Source: Tubiluchus corallicola
Taxonomy: Eukaryota > Animalia > Priapulida
Assembly (NCBI GenBank): GCA_030141605.1
Contig: JAQGDQ010001169.1
Span: 1 to 57,696 of the forward strand
DNA length: 57,696 nt
Direction of reading: 5' to 3'
This document shows positions 1 to 36,360 of this stretch, in pieces (the first letter of the stretch is position 1; every line of letters begins with the position of its first letter). The position numbers and the translations under genes were made by a program. The notes below the pieces were generated by a model, which saw only the letters and a list, made by a program, of their open reading frames with translations, did not search any database and was not told the DNA's origin.

Positions 1-616
1 ATTATCAATCAGGCCACCAGATGGCTGTACGTCCTCGAAACACTTCGAAATCTGCCATAACGGAAACGATTCTTAATGCTTCTATTGTGTCAATTGCTTC
101 AGTTTTGTAGGGATTCATTTAATCTTCTATGTAGGATTGAATTTCATTAAAATTTGACTGATATAACTACAGTTTCGTTTGTATAAAAATGAAAACTATG
201 ATTTTGTCAATTGACACGTGCCGGTCTTTCTAGGTTGTAAACTCTTCCGGTCCTTGTGGTGCTAGTAATGTCAACAGGAGTTAAGATGTAAGAAACATTT
301 ACGAACTGTTTGCTTAGTTGACTTGTGAAATTTGTTATTGTAGGGATGCACTCTAGTATCAACCAGCTGCCAAAAGTGTGAGGCTGTTGTTAAAAAAGAT
401 ACTTCTGTCGAAATCCTCGTGTGATAAATAAATGCGTTTTTTCATACGATTTGGATAAGCTGCTTTTTTTTCATTTCCGTGCAAATAGTAAATTTCTTTG
501 GTCAGTTCAAAACTCAGCAAATGTCCAACAAGATTATCCGGCCATCAGCATCAGGGAACCGTTTCACAATAAAGCATGCAGAAAACGAAGAAATATAAGT
601 TATTCGTGTATTTTAG

Positions 617-23169
<22,553 letters not shown>

Positions 23170-23624
23170 GTGAGTTGTAGCTACTGTAAAAAAATGTGTG
23201 TCGTAAAGAAGTGCAACCTAAAGTACCTAGACGTACTTTTGACCAGTTAGCATGCGTCAATTGGACCCTTTAATATGTACACAAGAACCAGAGATGGCTT
23301 TTTTCATTTTCACATTTTGGATCTGTAAATGTACGACTGAATGAATCATATTGCGTTCCTCTTTAGAAAGTGCCAAATATCCCAAATATTTTCCTTAGAT
23401 TTGTTATAACGGCTCTTTTACCATTTTCTTTGTAAATTAAAAGAGAACGGAATAGGCAGATGTGATTATTAAACATGATATGCACAAATAACATTATTTA
23501 GGCCGGGAAAAGAGATAAATGGTCGTCTACTTGTGTCACAGCATCTTTAAGCGCTCTTTAAAGGAAATACTTATCACTTTAAGACAAGGCAATCGCTGTG
23601 ATGTGGCAAATGAGTTAGAGAAAC

Positions 23625-24430
23625 TTGTGTGAAAGGTTACCCAATGTTACGATTCAGACTTGTGAAAGGTTACTCAATATTACGATTCACATTTGTGAAA
23701 GGTTACTCAATATTGCAATTCAGACTTGTGAAAGGTTACTCAATATTATGATGCAGACTTGTGAAAGGTTACTCAATATTGTGATGCAGACTTGTGAAAG
23801 GTTACTCAATGTTACGATTCAGACTTGTGAAAGGTTACTTAATATTACGATTCACATTTGTGAAAGGTTACTCAATATTACGATTCAGACTTGTGAAAGG
23901 TTACTGAATATTACGATTCAGACTTGTAAAAGGTTACTCAATATTACGATTCAGTCTTGTGAAAGGTTACTCAATGTTACGATTCAGACTTGTGAAAGGT
24001 TACTCAATATTACGATTCAGATTTGTGAAAGGTTACTGAATATTACGATTCAGACTTGTGAAAGGTTACACAGTATTACGATTCAGACTTATGAAAGGTT
24101 ACTCAATGTTACAATTCAGACTTGAGAAAGGTTAATCAATATTTTGTTACAGACTAGTGTTACTCAATATTACGATTCAGATTTGTGAAAGCTTACTCAA
24201 TATTACGATTCAGACTTGTGAAAGGTTACTCATGTTATCATACAGACTTTTAAAAGGTTACTCAGTATTTCGATACAGACTAGTGTTACTCAATATTACG
24301 ATTCAGGCTTGCGAAAGGTTACTGGATATTACGATTCAGGCTTGCGAAAGGTTATTCAATCTTCTGATACACATTTATGTAAGCATATTTAATCTTATAA
24401 AGCAAACTTATGAAAAGTTACTCAAGCTGG
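23625..24430. repeat. 33-bp minisatellite, roughly 22-24 copies, decaying to the right
   Basis: Unit TTCAGACTTGTGAAAGGTTACTCAATATTACGA; explains the 11-aa periodic ORFs. Confidence 0.95.
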
Positions 24431-25640
24431 TGATGCAAACTTAAGCGAACTTACGTAAGTTTAGAAGCTTGTGGTGCAAGTTTACGTGAATTTAAGCAAA
24501 CTGTACGCTAATTATGTAAATTTTACCTTGAGAAATGCAACATTTTTTAAATAACAAACTGGGTACTCATAGCAAAGCTGATTATTGTAGCCAGTGAGGA
24601 ATAAATTAGCAGCCAAACCAACATCAGCTCTGCAACTAGCCAAGCCTTTGATACCAACATTAAAATTTATAGCCCTCTTCTTGAAAAAGCCATAGAGGTA
24701 CTTTTAAAGTAACAATTAAAAATTTTATTTTTCCGGGAACTAAGTTATTTGGTATTTAGTTTGTTCAAATTGTGAAAAGGAAGACAAGGAGTTTAAAATT
24801 CAAGATGTCTGAGAAGTTTGCTGGAAGTCATAATAAATGAATGTGAACGAGTTTCACTGAAAATGTTTCAAATGGTTCAGTGTTTCAAATGTTTCAAATT
24901 CAAATGTTTCCGAGAAAGCATTTCAAATTCAGAAACCAAACTAGAGATGAACGAAAAACAAAAAACTTCTTCTAAAATTAAGCCAATTGTAGCCAAATTT
25001 AGTCAAATACGCATGTGGAAAATAGCCAGAATAGGCCAAATTTGGACAGCAAATTCCAGAATCTTTGTTAAATAGCTAAGCATATACTATAGAGCGTTTG
25101 TGTTGCCAGTTAGGTTGTTACTACCAACTTGAAACTTGAACTTTGCCAAAACCCAAATATGAACTTGAACTTAAGTAAAAGGGGGGAATTTGAATTGAAC
25201 GAGTTCATTTTTAGTGAAACTTGTCCATTGTCCATCACTGGGTAGCTGACGTATGTACAAGTGCTTATAAGATTAAACACAGATGAAAACAGTCATGGCA
25301 CACTTGAACGTTACGTAATTAGCTTCTAAGAACAGAAAGCAGGAACGGAGTTGGAACTAAACAAAAGCAGGAAATATGAAAAAGTTAGGTCTCGGGATTG
25401 ATCCCTGTTTGTATCGTGGCCCCTTGGTGTTCAACTGTTACCCAAATGTTTATGGTTCAATTGCATGCTCAGCCATTTTTCACGTTAATATCCTTTTGAT
25501 CAAATTAAGTTTCGTTAATTCAGTAATTGTGGGCTTCTAGCTGAACAAAATCACAATTGGAGTTCATACAACAAAAATCAAGAGACCAAAATTTAAAATT
25601 GGCCACTTTGAAAAGGGGGAGTAAATCGCTTGGTAAACAT

Positions 25641-26188
25641 GTTGTTGTTGTTGTTGTTGGCATCCTTCTGTCTCGGAAGACAATGGAGTGTGCTCCAAGA
25701 GAGTCTGTTATTGATCACATTGATGGAGCTGCAGCGTCGACTGTGGCTGAGCAATCCGATCCTTGAGCCACTGGAGTGGCCTCTCCAAGGCGCATGCCTG
25801 GGCAAGGTGTATGGAGATCCTGAGTTACCCAGACAACAAGAACCCCCCTCTCTTCCTCACTGGTGTAATTCAAAGGAAAGCGGAGCGATACGTTTGGCAC
25901 CAGGTTGGCTGCAGGAGCTGCCGGAGTCAGTGAGCATGCTGCACTGGTCCGCCTTCGGGGCTCCACACCTGATTTGGAAGGTTTACTTCTCTACACATGA
26001 CCGTTGGGTCACTTGACCTCCTCCGCCCTCTAGCCGTTGGCTGCTTGTGCAACTCCTCCGCCTAGTGTCGAGATACAGTGTATGCATCTCGCAAGCCTAC
26101 AGCACCTGGTATTCCTAGGCGGTCACCCATCCAAGTACTAACCAGGCTCTACATTGCTTAACTTCGGTGATCAGACGAGAACCGGTGT
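25641..26188 (-). mobile_element. 5S rRNA-derived SINE (SINE3), slightly 5'-truncated, with (AAC)n tail and TSD
   Basis: 5S head at 26093-26188, ~430-bp GC-rich body, tail ...GAAGGATGCC(AAC)6; GTAAACATGT at both 25633-25642 and 26187-26196. Confidence 0.85.
26093..26188 (-). pseudogene. 5S rRNA-derived head lacking the first ~22 nt
   Basis: Minus strand reads ACACCGGTTCTCGTCTGATCACCGAAGTTAAGCAATGTAGAGCCTGGTTAGTACTTGGATGGGTGACCGCCTAGGAATACCAGGTGCTGTAGGCTT, the metazoan 5S pattern with A and C boxes; no oligo-T terminator follows. Confidence 0.93.
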
Positions 26189-27589
26189 AAACATGTATAT
26201 GTACAATAACGGGAAACATATGCAAGTTGTGCAAATATGGACACACTATAGATGTTGCTGTCGTTGCGAAAACTGCACATTTCTCAGACATCTCGCATTT
26301 TATTCTCGTTCTTTTCCTTTTCATAATGTGAACAAACTAAATACCAAAGTAAGTAAGTAACCAATTTACTGTCACTATAGCATAATACATACAATGAAAT
26401 TTATCTGGTTTTACGTACTGCAATAACTGCGGAAACAACATGCAGATTATGGAAACAATAACAACAACAATATGGTTAAGAAATGGGAAGCAGATGTTTC
26501 TAACCGGTCTGATCATATCAGTGACCGCCATACGAGGAGGCGTGTGTCCAATTTCAGCGTGTTTACGATCTTTACGGGAGAAGAAAAAACAGTTTTGTTT
26601 TTATGCCAAACTGTCATTACAAGTTTAATGTTGTGTATTTAGTATCACTTTTCTGTTAGGACGTCAAAAACAGTGCCTGTGCGGACGTTTTATTCTGCAT
26701 CTTGTCACTGCATCATTTCTATGGAAACAGAGAGAATTTTTTTAGCATCTGCGATGATCACTTAACAAGAGCGTTGTGGCTTCTGGTGGCTTTAGAAATG
26801 CAAATAATGAAATTATACTCACATAATTGCCTACAGTGTCATAATGTCATGACCGTGGCAGCCATATTTGCTGCCATTTTGGCGTATTCTGAAAATTTTC
26901 AGTATACCGTATTTTTTGTCATCTGCAGTTGCACAAATTCGCTGCCAAATGATGCATTAAGAAAATTCTGTCATTTTTTAGCGACACACAGGCTGTTTAA
27001 AAACAAGTAACATGCACAATGCAGTTACTTATTCCTGTTTTTGGTTTTAAAGGAAAACATTTAAAAAGTTTCTCGTTTTAATAACCTCACAGGCACCGCC
27101 ACTTTATTAGCTCATGTTTCTGTACTAGATAAGCTTATAACACTCTACATGGCTTCTTAATTTCCCGCATTTTTCTCACAGCTTCTGCCAAAACATTCTT
27201 GTCGTAAATATTTACGTTTCATCACATCGCATGCGCGCAAATTGTCAGTCAGTCTGCCTCATCATCTGGAGGCAGTTATTCGCAGCCTCCACGGGGAGCA
27301 TCTATACTCCTTTCTTAGGTTGTTTCTGAGAAAGACACCTCCTACTTGGCCACATCATTAAAATGACAGCCCAAACTTTCTATTACACGTGTTCGTCGTG
27401 TGTTTGTTCATCTGTTTTTCGCATTATGTTGTTAAATGCCTGTTTCTCTTGCACTATTGCTGCACATGTCATTCTCAGTGAACAGTGATCTAACCGATAT
27501 CCTCGTTACAAAATATTTGCGGCTCGACTGGTTTTTGCTAAGTGGGTTTTTATGAACATTCGCCCCATCATCATTTCATAGACGTTAAG

Positions 27590-28050
27590 CAGAAGAACTC
27601 GTTGAAAAAAGCTGGAATACTTCATTTTGTAGCTACTGTTCATGCGAATTTGATGCGCTATTGAGCATTAGAGGTGTCCTTCAAGGACGATTTTTTGTCC
27701 CCTTTTCAAACAGAAAAGCTCCGTGGAAAAAGCTGGAATGCTCCATTTTTGTAACTACCATTATGAGCATTATAGGTGTCTTGCAAAGACGAATTTTTGT
27801 CCCCTTTTCAAACATCAAAACTCTGTGAAAAAATCTGGAATGCTTCATATTTGTAGCTACCGTTCATGCAAATTTGGTGTGCTATTGAGCATTATAGGTG
27901 TCCTTCAAGGACGAATTTTTGTCCCCTTTTTAAACAGAAAAACTCTGTAGAAAAGCTGGAATACTTCATTCTTATTGCTACCATTCATGCGAATTTGACA
28001 CACTACTGGATACTAAAGGTGTCCTGCAAGTACGAATTTTTATCCCCTTT
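27590..28050. repeat. ~120-bp tandem repeat, 4 diverged copies
   Basis: AAAAGCTGGAAT.CTTCAT...AGGTGTCCTTCAAGGACGAATTTTTGTCCCCTTTT recurring. Confidence 0.9.
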
Positions 28051-31000
28051 CTCTTTCCTGTCAAATTAATGTAGACAATTTTCATTAGTCTGGATGATAT
28101 TCGAAGATATTTTTTGCCTCATCAACTTTACACCTAGGATATTGTTGCCATGACAACGCCGCCAAGATTTCCAACAGCAAAAGCTTGTATCATTACCTTC
28201 ATATTTAATGTAGGTAATGTATTAAATATGAATGCAGAATACTACCAGCATTTTTTGGAGTCTGTTTCCTCAGGGTAGGACATTTTTTGTTTGGTCCTCC
28301 TCAGCGATGAAAGCTTGAGAACATTCTCATTATTACCGTCACATGAGCTTTTAACAATTCTACACCTTTCTTTCATCTTTCTTTACATTATGCGTTGTCT
28401 TAATACTGTGGTTTGGGCCAAGATATTACACTAAAAGAGACTACACCAGTGTAATCGAATCCACAAACCCCTAAGACTGTAATTAGATATTAGATACACT
28501 AATAATGCAAACCTTTCAAATGGCTTGTGTTTTGGATGTAAGCACGTGATTGTTTTTTGCAAATTTGGGCCGTTGATCGCCAGGTGAGCTAAATAGAAGA
28601 AGTAGGCGATTGGCCCTATTTCCGAGACATGATAGGAAAGGAGTCATTTTGTTCAGTACATCATGTCACTTTGTAATAAAAATTTGTCGGTCGAGTTCTC
28701 TTTGGCAAGTTAGTAAGATGCAGCAAAGATGTAAGTTTTCATATTTCCTCGCATCATTATTCATTTTCATTATACCAATTCATTAGTTTTTTGACATTGG
28801 ATTAGCAGAAACTGTTTTTGTTTGCTTCAGATAAAACCACGTCGAGTCTCACATAATGTGTCAGTCAGTCAGTCAGTCAGTCAAGTATGTCGTGATGTGT
28901 TTATACAATTTGGGAATATGACGATGATTTGCTATTTTGGACAATCTTTAATTGCATCTACAAGACTGTTGCACTTGTATTTAGCGCATGTTGCACACGG
29001 CTTATGTGGATTCTGACGGATTGTGCATAATATTCATATTCATATTCATTCACTTCATATTCCTCCCCCATTCATTTCTACTAAGCTAAACTGAGTGTAT
29101 CTTTTACCTAAGCAGCACAGGTGTATCACACAAACTGCACAAATCTTGTATTGAACAAGTATATTTTTAACAGATTGGCAATTAATTTAGCTTAGCATAA
29201 ATCACAGAACATGCCGCATTCGCTTCATGCCTTGTAAACTCAGTGTAAATGTGAACCTTCAGCGCACAGGCAAATCTGTTCATTGCCTGATTGCCCGAAC
29301 TGCATTAATGTGAACATGCCTTTAATCTGCTAACTAGCACATATCAATGTCAATTATAATCAGTCAGGAGAACTAGGTTTGTGTCTCTTTCTGTTTAGAA
29401 CCTCTTGGCATGTTTATCAATATGGCTACTTTCAGGAGTGCAGAATCTTCAACAAGCGACGGTACATTGCTGTTTTCCGTTTCCGTACCGATGTGTTTTG
29501 GCTATGTTTGCAGTCGGTAATGCATCTTGCATAAACTTTGTGTCACTACGTCTGTCCGTGCATCGCTTATCAGCTTACTGAGTGAAGTTGCTGCTTTTTC
29601 CATGGTTTTTCATCAACCTTGAAAGATCTCAAGATTTTGAAGATTTATTGATTCACAACGTTCACGAGCAAGCCTTTATTTATCACAGATTTTCAACATT
29701 GTATCATATAGCGAATTATAGGAAGATACTGAAAATATCCACCAGTGTTGCTGTTTCTTGTGCTATTTTTCAGCTGTTCTCAAACTTGGATGTATTTCCT
29801 CGACATGTCTACTTTCTGTCTCCTTTCGTGCATCATCCAAATGTGACTGAGACACCTCTATTGGTTCAGTGTCTCATCTTAGTGGATTAGCTTTGATAAT
29901 GAAACCAGGTTGTATTGTAGTCTTGCAATGACTATGCACGCTAGAGCCACTGAATGCTGGATTCCCGCTGGCAGTGTGTCAAATTGTTTCGAAAATCATA
30001 CCCATGCTTTCCTCGGGTTGCTTCGTCGGGGAGCTCCTTGGCAGTGCTGTGCTTCCTGTTCAGTTAAGACGTTGGAACGGTACGAGAAAAATTCCTTGAT
30101 CGGTCTTTCATTCATCTTAAATACACACCCCAACAGCATCACTTTATCTGTAAGTGGTTATTATGGCATTCAGTTACTGCGTGTGAATTGTCCTTAAAGG
30201 TCAAACGCAATGTACTTCATGAAGTTGCAGTAAAGGAAAGCCGTGTTAAATAATGATTTTGATTACATTGGTGATTAAATTATTAAATTAATAATTCAAG
30301 ATTAAATGCTTGACGATACAAGATTAAACTACCGTCGTGGATAGAAGCCTAGTTAGGTGTGGCATCACGTGACCAGCTGATGTTCGACCGGCTGACTCAG
30401 AAGCAAAGATTGATGATGTAATCCTTATGCGCAGAAGCTCAAGGCGCATTAGGTAGTTAGACAAAAGTGTTTTGAGGCCTGCACTTCGGGGGAGATTAGG
30501 AACTGACTTGAAGACGGGGGGCTGGCATTACTATCCCGTTATATTTACAGTGGTTGATATTTAATAAATGTGTAGTTTATTAAATAAAGTCTTGATAGTT
30601 TGCCATGCCCGTCGTGGCTACCTCACACGCCACACAATAAACAACAATAATCAGCAACCAGCATTAACCACACGAATAAATAGACTTTCATCAAATTATT
30701 TTACTGTTCCAGATTTGTACAAAAACAGAAAGTAAATACACTAACTAGGATCCTTTGACAGTTTTAACTTTTTCTTGGTGGTTTACAGAGGAGGAAATTT
30801 AATGTGAAGCTGTCATTTTCGAACAAAGTCTGGAACTTGATTTTTGCCCATTTTACTTGTTAGATGACGTCAGTCCTTAGCACTTTAGTTTGGTTATCAC
30901 TTATCACATTTCACTGTGTAGCATTGTTTGCAAATTCAGCATCAGAGAAACCACGCGGCATCCAAGGAAGCTGTTGTTAACCCCAAAGTTTCACGAGGAA

Positions 31001-32734
31001 AACGTTTTGGGGGAAAAATGCAACTTCCGATTTCATTAGAAACGTAGCCATTAAATTTAATAAAATTTGTGTCAAATTTAAAGTTACCATGAGCTTTTTT
31101 TATTAAAGAAAACTTGTTTTTACATTAAATTTGACCCCCCTTAACCCCTCGTTTGTGAAGCCTTGATCATTTGTTCGTACTCTTCATTGAACACCAGATG
31201 CATTTGATGTTTGTGTGACTCCTGAACAGGCCCGTAAAGTCAAGTTTATTTCAGTTCTGTTTATGTCAACCGTCATTGGTCTATAGAATGATTTCTCTCC
31301 TGCTGAAATGCTTTTCCAAAAAGGGCTTTGACAAGTTCGAACAAGTGTTTACGCGTGTCACATGGCTTTGCTCCTGTCATGGCATGTCCCTAATCTAAAC
31401 GTATGCTTCTGACTAATTCAGCTTGTGTCGTAGCTAATTAATTGATGTTCCTAGCTAATTGACTTAGTATGAAGCTACATCCCATGAAGGCATAAAATGT
31501 GCTATATTTTACCCGCATCATTACGATAATTTCATCTTCATCCAGCGCTATGGTAGTCAGTCGTTTGCATAATTGCACCTACAGCTTTCATACTTGACTC
31601 GTTAGTGACCTCGCTGCTGGTTGTACAGGTGTGACAGCGTGTTAATTACCTGCCACATGCAGACAGGTAGATCACCGTGGAGACTCCCACTGGAGCCAGA
31701 TGTACTAACGAGGTATCAAGTAACAACAGTTGACTATCAAACTCGATAGAATCATGGAAGTTTGAGCACACAATGGCAACATCGTATTCACATGTTACTC
31801 CTCATTTGTCTCTTTCTGTTCAAGATAAGGTCTAAAAATCTGTCACTTTAGTATAATTTCTTATTGCAAGTGTCCGACCTTCATTTCTGCAGTAGACTCC
31901 TAGAGTGATTACATATTTATGGTTCCTTAGAAGTCCAATTTTTTCCAATGGGTTTCTCATTTCTGGAATTCTTTGCGAAAAAGTTGCCTCTTGTGAACTA
32001 CTTGCTCACTTGTTTCAATTGGAAAATTATGTACAAGAAGTCTTTCTGTGCTTGACATATGATCATGTTTTTACTTTCCACTCTGCCTTGTTACCTGTGA
32101 GAAGTTATTGGCCCTGTTTTGGATCAGCCTGTATCAAAATAACTTAGAATAATGTTACATTAACAAAATCTTTAAGTCTGGAACTAATTTGAAGGCTTAA
32201 TCTCCGAATCACCTGCTTGGACTAAAACAGCAGGTTCATCACCTGGGCTACCTGCAGATAATGTAAACTCATTTATAAGTAACAGTCAAGGATTTATATT
32301 TAAATGCAATTACAGTTGCAGGACAAACATTTACTATACCTTCATGCAGATTTCTTTTCCTCATTAATTCTCAACGTTTTCCTCAATACTGAATTTACTG
32401 TTAATACTGTCAGAACCTATTAATACTAAAATAACGTTACATTTCATTAAAATACTATGTACATAATAATTGTTTGCACTAGAAAAATACTTTGCTGCTT
32501 TTATATAGTTCTGTCATCTTGTTAGTTGCCATGACAACTAGCGTGGTTTCTCTTTTGTTCTGGGGATGTATTGGTCAGCGGAATGATGGGCAATCAGTTA
32601 TTACAAATGTCATAGACTACTCACTCACAAAAATATTTACATAATTACATGGGTATGTAAGTCAGCAGCATTCTTGACACATAGCGTCACTCAGATGCGT
32701 GTAAATCTGCATTTCAAGGAAAGCTTATAAAACA

Positions 32735-34054
32735 TTAGTTTTGCACTCTTTCAGTTTCTACACCATTTCCGATTTGTTTGTCATCTTTATCTAACGCATC
32801 TCTGTCACAACCATGTAGGAGTTTTTCATTAGGTTCAGCGTCTTGTTGTTTGCATTGCGGAGACGACAACGGTTTTTTTAGTACATTTTGCGAGGTCTTT
32901 CGCGAGCGTTTCTTCGCGCTGCCACCCCAGCCGCTCGATCTAAAGAACGTATTGCGCAGACTCATGCCATGTCCGCCCAGCGTCGTCACCTCCGATGTTT
33001 CGTCGACGTCCGCTTTGGCAAAACAGGGTATCACTTCGCGGAAGCTCTTGCGGAAGTCGGAACTGGCCAAGTTGTAGATGTAGAAGTTGATGGCAAAGTT
33101 GACGGTTTCTATGAGATTAGCCGTATGTTCAAACACATAGAAACCGGCAACGTTGTGCAATGCAGGATTCACACGCTGGATCACAGTGACAAATGCCTGA
33201 GGTAACGTACACACTAAAAATATTATAGTAGCCGATAATAGCAAAATAAACACTCTTTTTTCTTTGCTGGATTTTTTAATCTCCTCTGGTCTTTTGTTTT
33301 TTAGTGACTGCTTGCGGAACACCGACTCACTATGTGCCCGCACAATTAGTGGATTTAAAATCAGTACGCAGGTGATTGGAATCAATTTAACTATCGTTTC
33401 TTTTAATATCGGATATGCGTGAGTGAAAAATGGCATCTTTCTAATCACGGGGTTCCACACCCAGTCATAGTACAACGTGTCGTTGGTCTTCTTTTCGAGA
33501 ACCGGCACGATGGTAGTCTCAAACGTGTGCGGGACGTGCAAGAAGAACGACAGAGCAAAAATGAGAACGATGGAAACCTGTATGAACGATTTGCGCACTC
33601 GCGAAGACTGGCACTTGTGCGGATGGCAAACCAAAATGTACCTGTCAATCGTCAAGCCCATGATGAGCAGCGCACTGCAGCACATGAATGATTTGAACAA
33701 GAAGAAACACCAGTGTGAGTAGTACATCATCACACCTTCTGTCCGATGCACTGCACGCGATCGTATTACATCAAACGTAATCAGCGTCACGATGACCATG
33801 AAGTCTGCAACCGCAAGCCACCGGAAGAGAATGTAACTGACCTTCTGTAAGCGCCGACTTCTCCAGAGCACGGTCAAGTTCAGGCAGTTTCCGATCATCC
33901 CTAGGAAAAGCACGATAGGATAGCCTACCCGATAGATCCATAGCGTAACCTCTTTTCTGGGGACAGAGAAAGCTGTTTCATTATCGGGCGGTGGTTGTGA
34001 TGTCAGCCAGTCGTAGAAAGGTGTTTCCATAGTAGCGTTTACGATTTCTTCCAT
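32735..34054 (-). CDS. Class A (rhodopsin-like) GPCR, FMRFamide/sex-peptide/myosuppressin-receptor-like group, 439 aa
   Basis: Seven hydrophobic segments; TM1 GMIGN, TM2 LAVAD, TM3 TIDRYILVCHP, TM6 FLVCTLPQA, TM7 NFAINFYIY followed by helix-8 SSDFRK; N-terminal NAT and NET sequons; uninterrupted ORF. Confidence 0.95.
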   Translation of the reverse strand: MEEIVNATMETPFYDWLTSQPPPDNETAFSVPRKEVTLWIYRVGYPIVLFLGMIGNCLNLTVLWRSRRLQKVSYILFRWLAVADFMVIVTLITFDVIRSRAVHRTEGVMMYYSHWCFFLFKSFMCCSALLIMGLTIDRYILVCHPHKCQSSRVRKSFIQVSIVLIFALSFFLHVPHTFETTIVPVLEKKTNDTLYYDWVWNPVIRKMPFFTHAYPILKETIVKLIPITCVLILNPLIVRAHSESVFRKQSLKNKRPEEIKKSSKEKRVFILLLSATIIFLVCTLPQAFVTVIQRVNPALHNVAGFYVFEHTANLIETVNFAINFYIYNLASSDFRKSFREVIPCFAKADVDETSEVTTLGGHGMSLRNTFFRSSGWGGSAKKRSRKTSQNVLKKPLSSPQCKQQDAEPNEKLLHGCDRDALDKDDKQIGNGVETERVQN

Positions 34055-34787
34055 CTGTAATAGAAATTATGTGTTATTGTTATTTTAACACACTCTGTCG
34101 TTAAAAAAATTCTTGGAGCATTGGAAAATCATTAGTTGAATCTTGTCTGATTAAAGCTTTTAGATTTTTTGGATTTTGTACGTTACTTTTTGCGTTGTTT
34201 TGGTCATTTGGGTTCTTTTTTTTTTAAAATATCTGTGTTTCGATGGCGGGTCAATTTCTGACGATACATGTGTGCAGAAGGGAACGTCATGTCCTGCTTA
34301 AGACATTTGGCACAGTACTTCATATATCTATGCACACATCTAAATTGGGAATTTCATATCCTAATTTAAACAAAACATTGATCGACAGGAAATATGAGAC
34401 AGAAAAGGAAGTTGCTACCTCGCCAGAAAGGGAATTGCTATCCGGTCAGTAAACAATCAAAATTTATAGAGTCAATATATCACATACAAACTGCATTGAG
34501 TCATTCAACGTTGATCTTAAGTTCATTCATTTGACTGTCCCATTTTTGCAAGTCTGTGAAATTTTTCCGGTAAAGCAAACTCAGTGCAGCAAGCTGTTGA
34601 ACATTGTGAAAGAAAAATTCAATGACAATGCACTGCATTGTTTTTTAAATGTAATAGTGTTTAAATCTTAATGCTTAAATGATGTAAAACATCTTCGTAC
34701 TTTTTGGTGTGTTTGATGCAAAAACATTCATTACGTAAGAAAGTACTTAAAGGGTTAGGAAATTGGAATTTTAAAATATTGTGCCAA

Positions 34788-35260
34788 AAAACTTTCCGCA
34801 CAAGGTTATGTTACTTAGCATTAGACAACAAAGTATTTAAAGGGGAAGAAAAGGGATTCTAAAGTATATCCCTAAAAACTTTCTGCATAAAAGTTATATT
34901 TTAGGCATTATGCAACAAAGTATTTAAATAGAGGAAAAGGGATTCTAAAATATGTCCCTAAAAACTTTCTGCACAAAGTTATGTTACTTAGCGTTACGCA
35001 ACAAAGTATTTAAAGGAGAGGAAAGGGGATTCTAAAATATGTCCCTAAAAACTTTCTGCACAAGGTTATGTTACTTAGCATTACGCAACAAAGTATTTAA
35101 AGGAGAGGAAAAGGGATTCTAAAGTATGTCCCTAAAAACTTTCTGCACAAAGTTATGTTACTTAGCATTAGACAACAAAGTATTTAAAGGGGAAGAAAAA
35201 GGATTCTAAAGTATGCTCCCGAAAACTTTCTGCACAAAGTTATATTACTTAGCATTACAC
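34788..35260. repeat. 87-bp tandem repeat, ~5.5 copies
   Basis: AAAACTTTCTGCACAAAGTTATGTTACTTAGCATTA...GGGATTCTAAA recurring every 86-87 nt. Confidence 0.95.
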
Positions 35261-36360
35261 TTACCTATTTCAAATACGAATGTAATTAGAAAAAATGCTT
35301 AGTAAATTAAAGTGTTTGCGCCAACCGGTAATATGTCACTGACTCACCTTCCCAATGTGCACCATTTATTTTTAATCTTATTTACAGTTTACATAATTTA
35401 TATTTTTGCTTAGTTGGAGAAATATGCAGTACAATGCTCTGATTATTTTTCAAACTTTCGCAATGCTATGCAAACTTGTTTCAAATGACCTATGGTCAAG
35501 ATGCCTGTGCACAATGGTTGTCATGGGACTTCAAATTTTCATATTTCGTATCGTTGCTGCCAATGCTTGCAGTAAGGCAGTATGTGAGTTTTTAAACTTT
35601 ATGTATGAAGAGTGTTATCTTGTCCTTTAATGTGAAGCCATATTTCTACAATGCGAATAAGTTTGTTGTGTATCAAAATCAACATTACAAACAGATGTGC
35701 CATTGCTTATCACACAGTAAATAAATGTGCAGACACATGTTGATTAGTGATGACTTAACATGCCAAGCTAGACCTAATGCTATTACTAAAACAATTTTAC
35801 CATATAGGTGCCATAGTTCAGCACTAAAGCGAAATTACACCCTGTTTTAGCTGTTTTAAATCATGTTTTGTCACGGTTGAAAGTTTTTAGAAAATTACTT
35901 GTCTTCTATCGCAGAAATAGTGTCTGTAAAATTGAATTTATAAAGCATAGCCCTAGTGACATGTAGCTCTTAATGTTGGCTGAAATTTACTACAAACAGT
36001 TGGCTTCTGTGACTGTTAGCAGTTGTTTTTGTATTAATTGAATACTTTTATATATTACAAGTTAGGTAAATACATGTTATAATCAATTTAGGATTAATAA
36101 ACATAAATGACAGCACTTCAAGGTGACACCAGTCAAAAAGAATAAAACAAAAATGAAATGACTGTGCACTGGTAAAATCACCAGCTGTTAGTACATCACA
36201 GACAAATTGATCATCACATACTTTAAATAAATAAAATCATTTGAATGATCACCTGTACTCATTAACAACAGCTAGTAGTGTCAAGTTAGTATCTCAAATT
36301 GTGTATCACATATGTTATATGTTAACTTGTTAAAATGATGCATGAAAATAATGAAACTTG

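Noticed and set aside
23625-24444. Leucine-rich-repeat-like ORFs (QTCERLLNITI)n
   Set aside because: Translation of a 33-bp minisatellite; no ATG start or splice context linking it to RIC1.
25557-26016. GC-rich overlapping ORFs, one with a signal-peptide-like start
   Set aside because: They lie in the SINE3 body; the poly-Leu/Val comes from the (GTT)n tail.
26093-26188. Functional 5S rRNA gene
   Set aside because: It lacks the 5' ~22 nt and an oligo-T terminator, and sits inside a TSD-flanked element with a simple-repeat tail.
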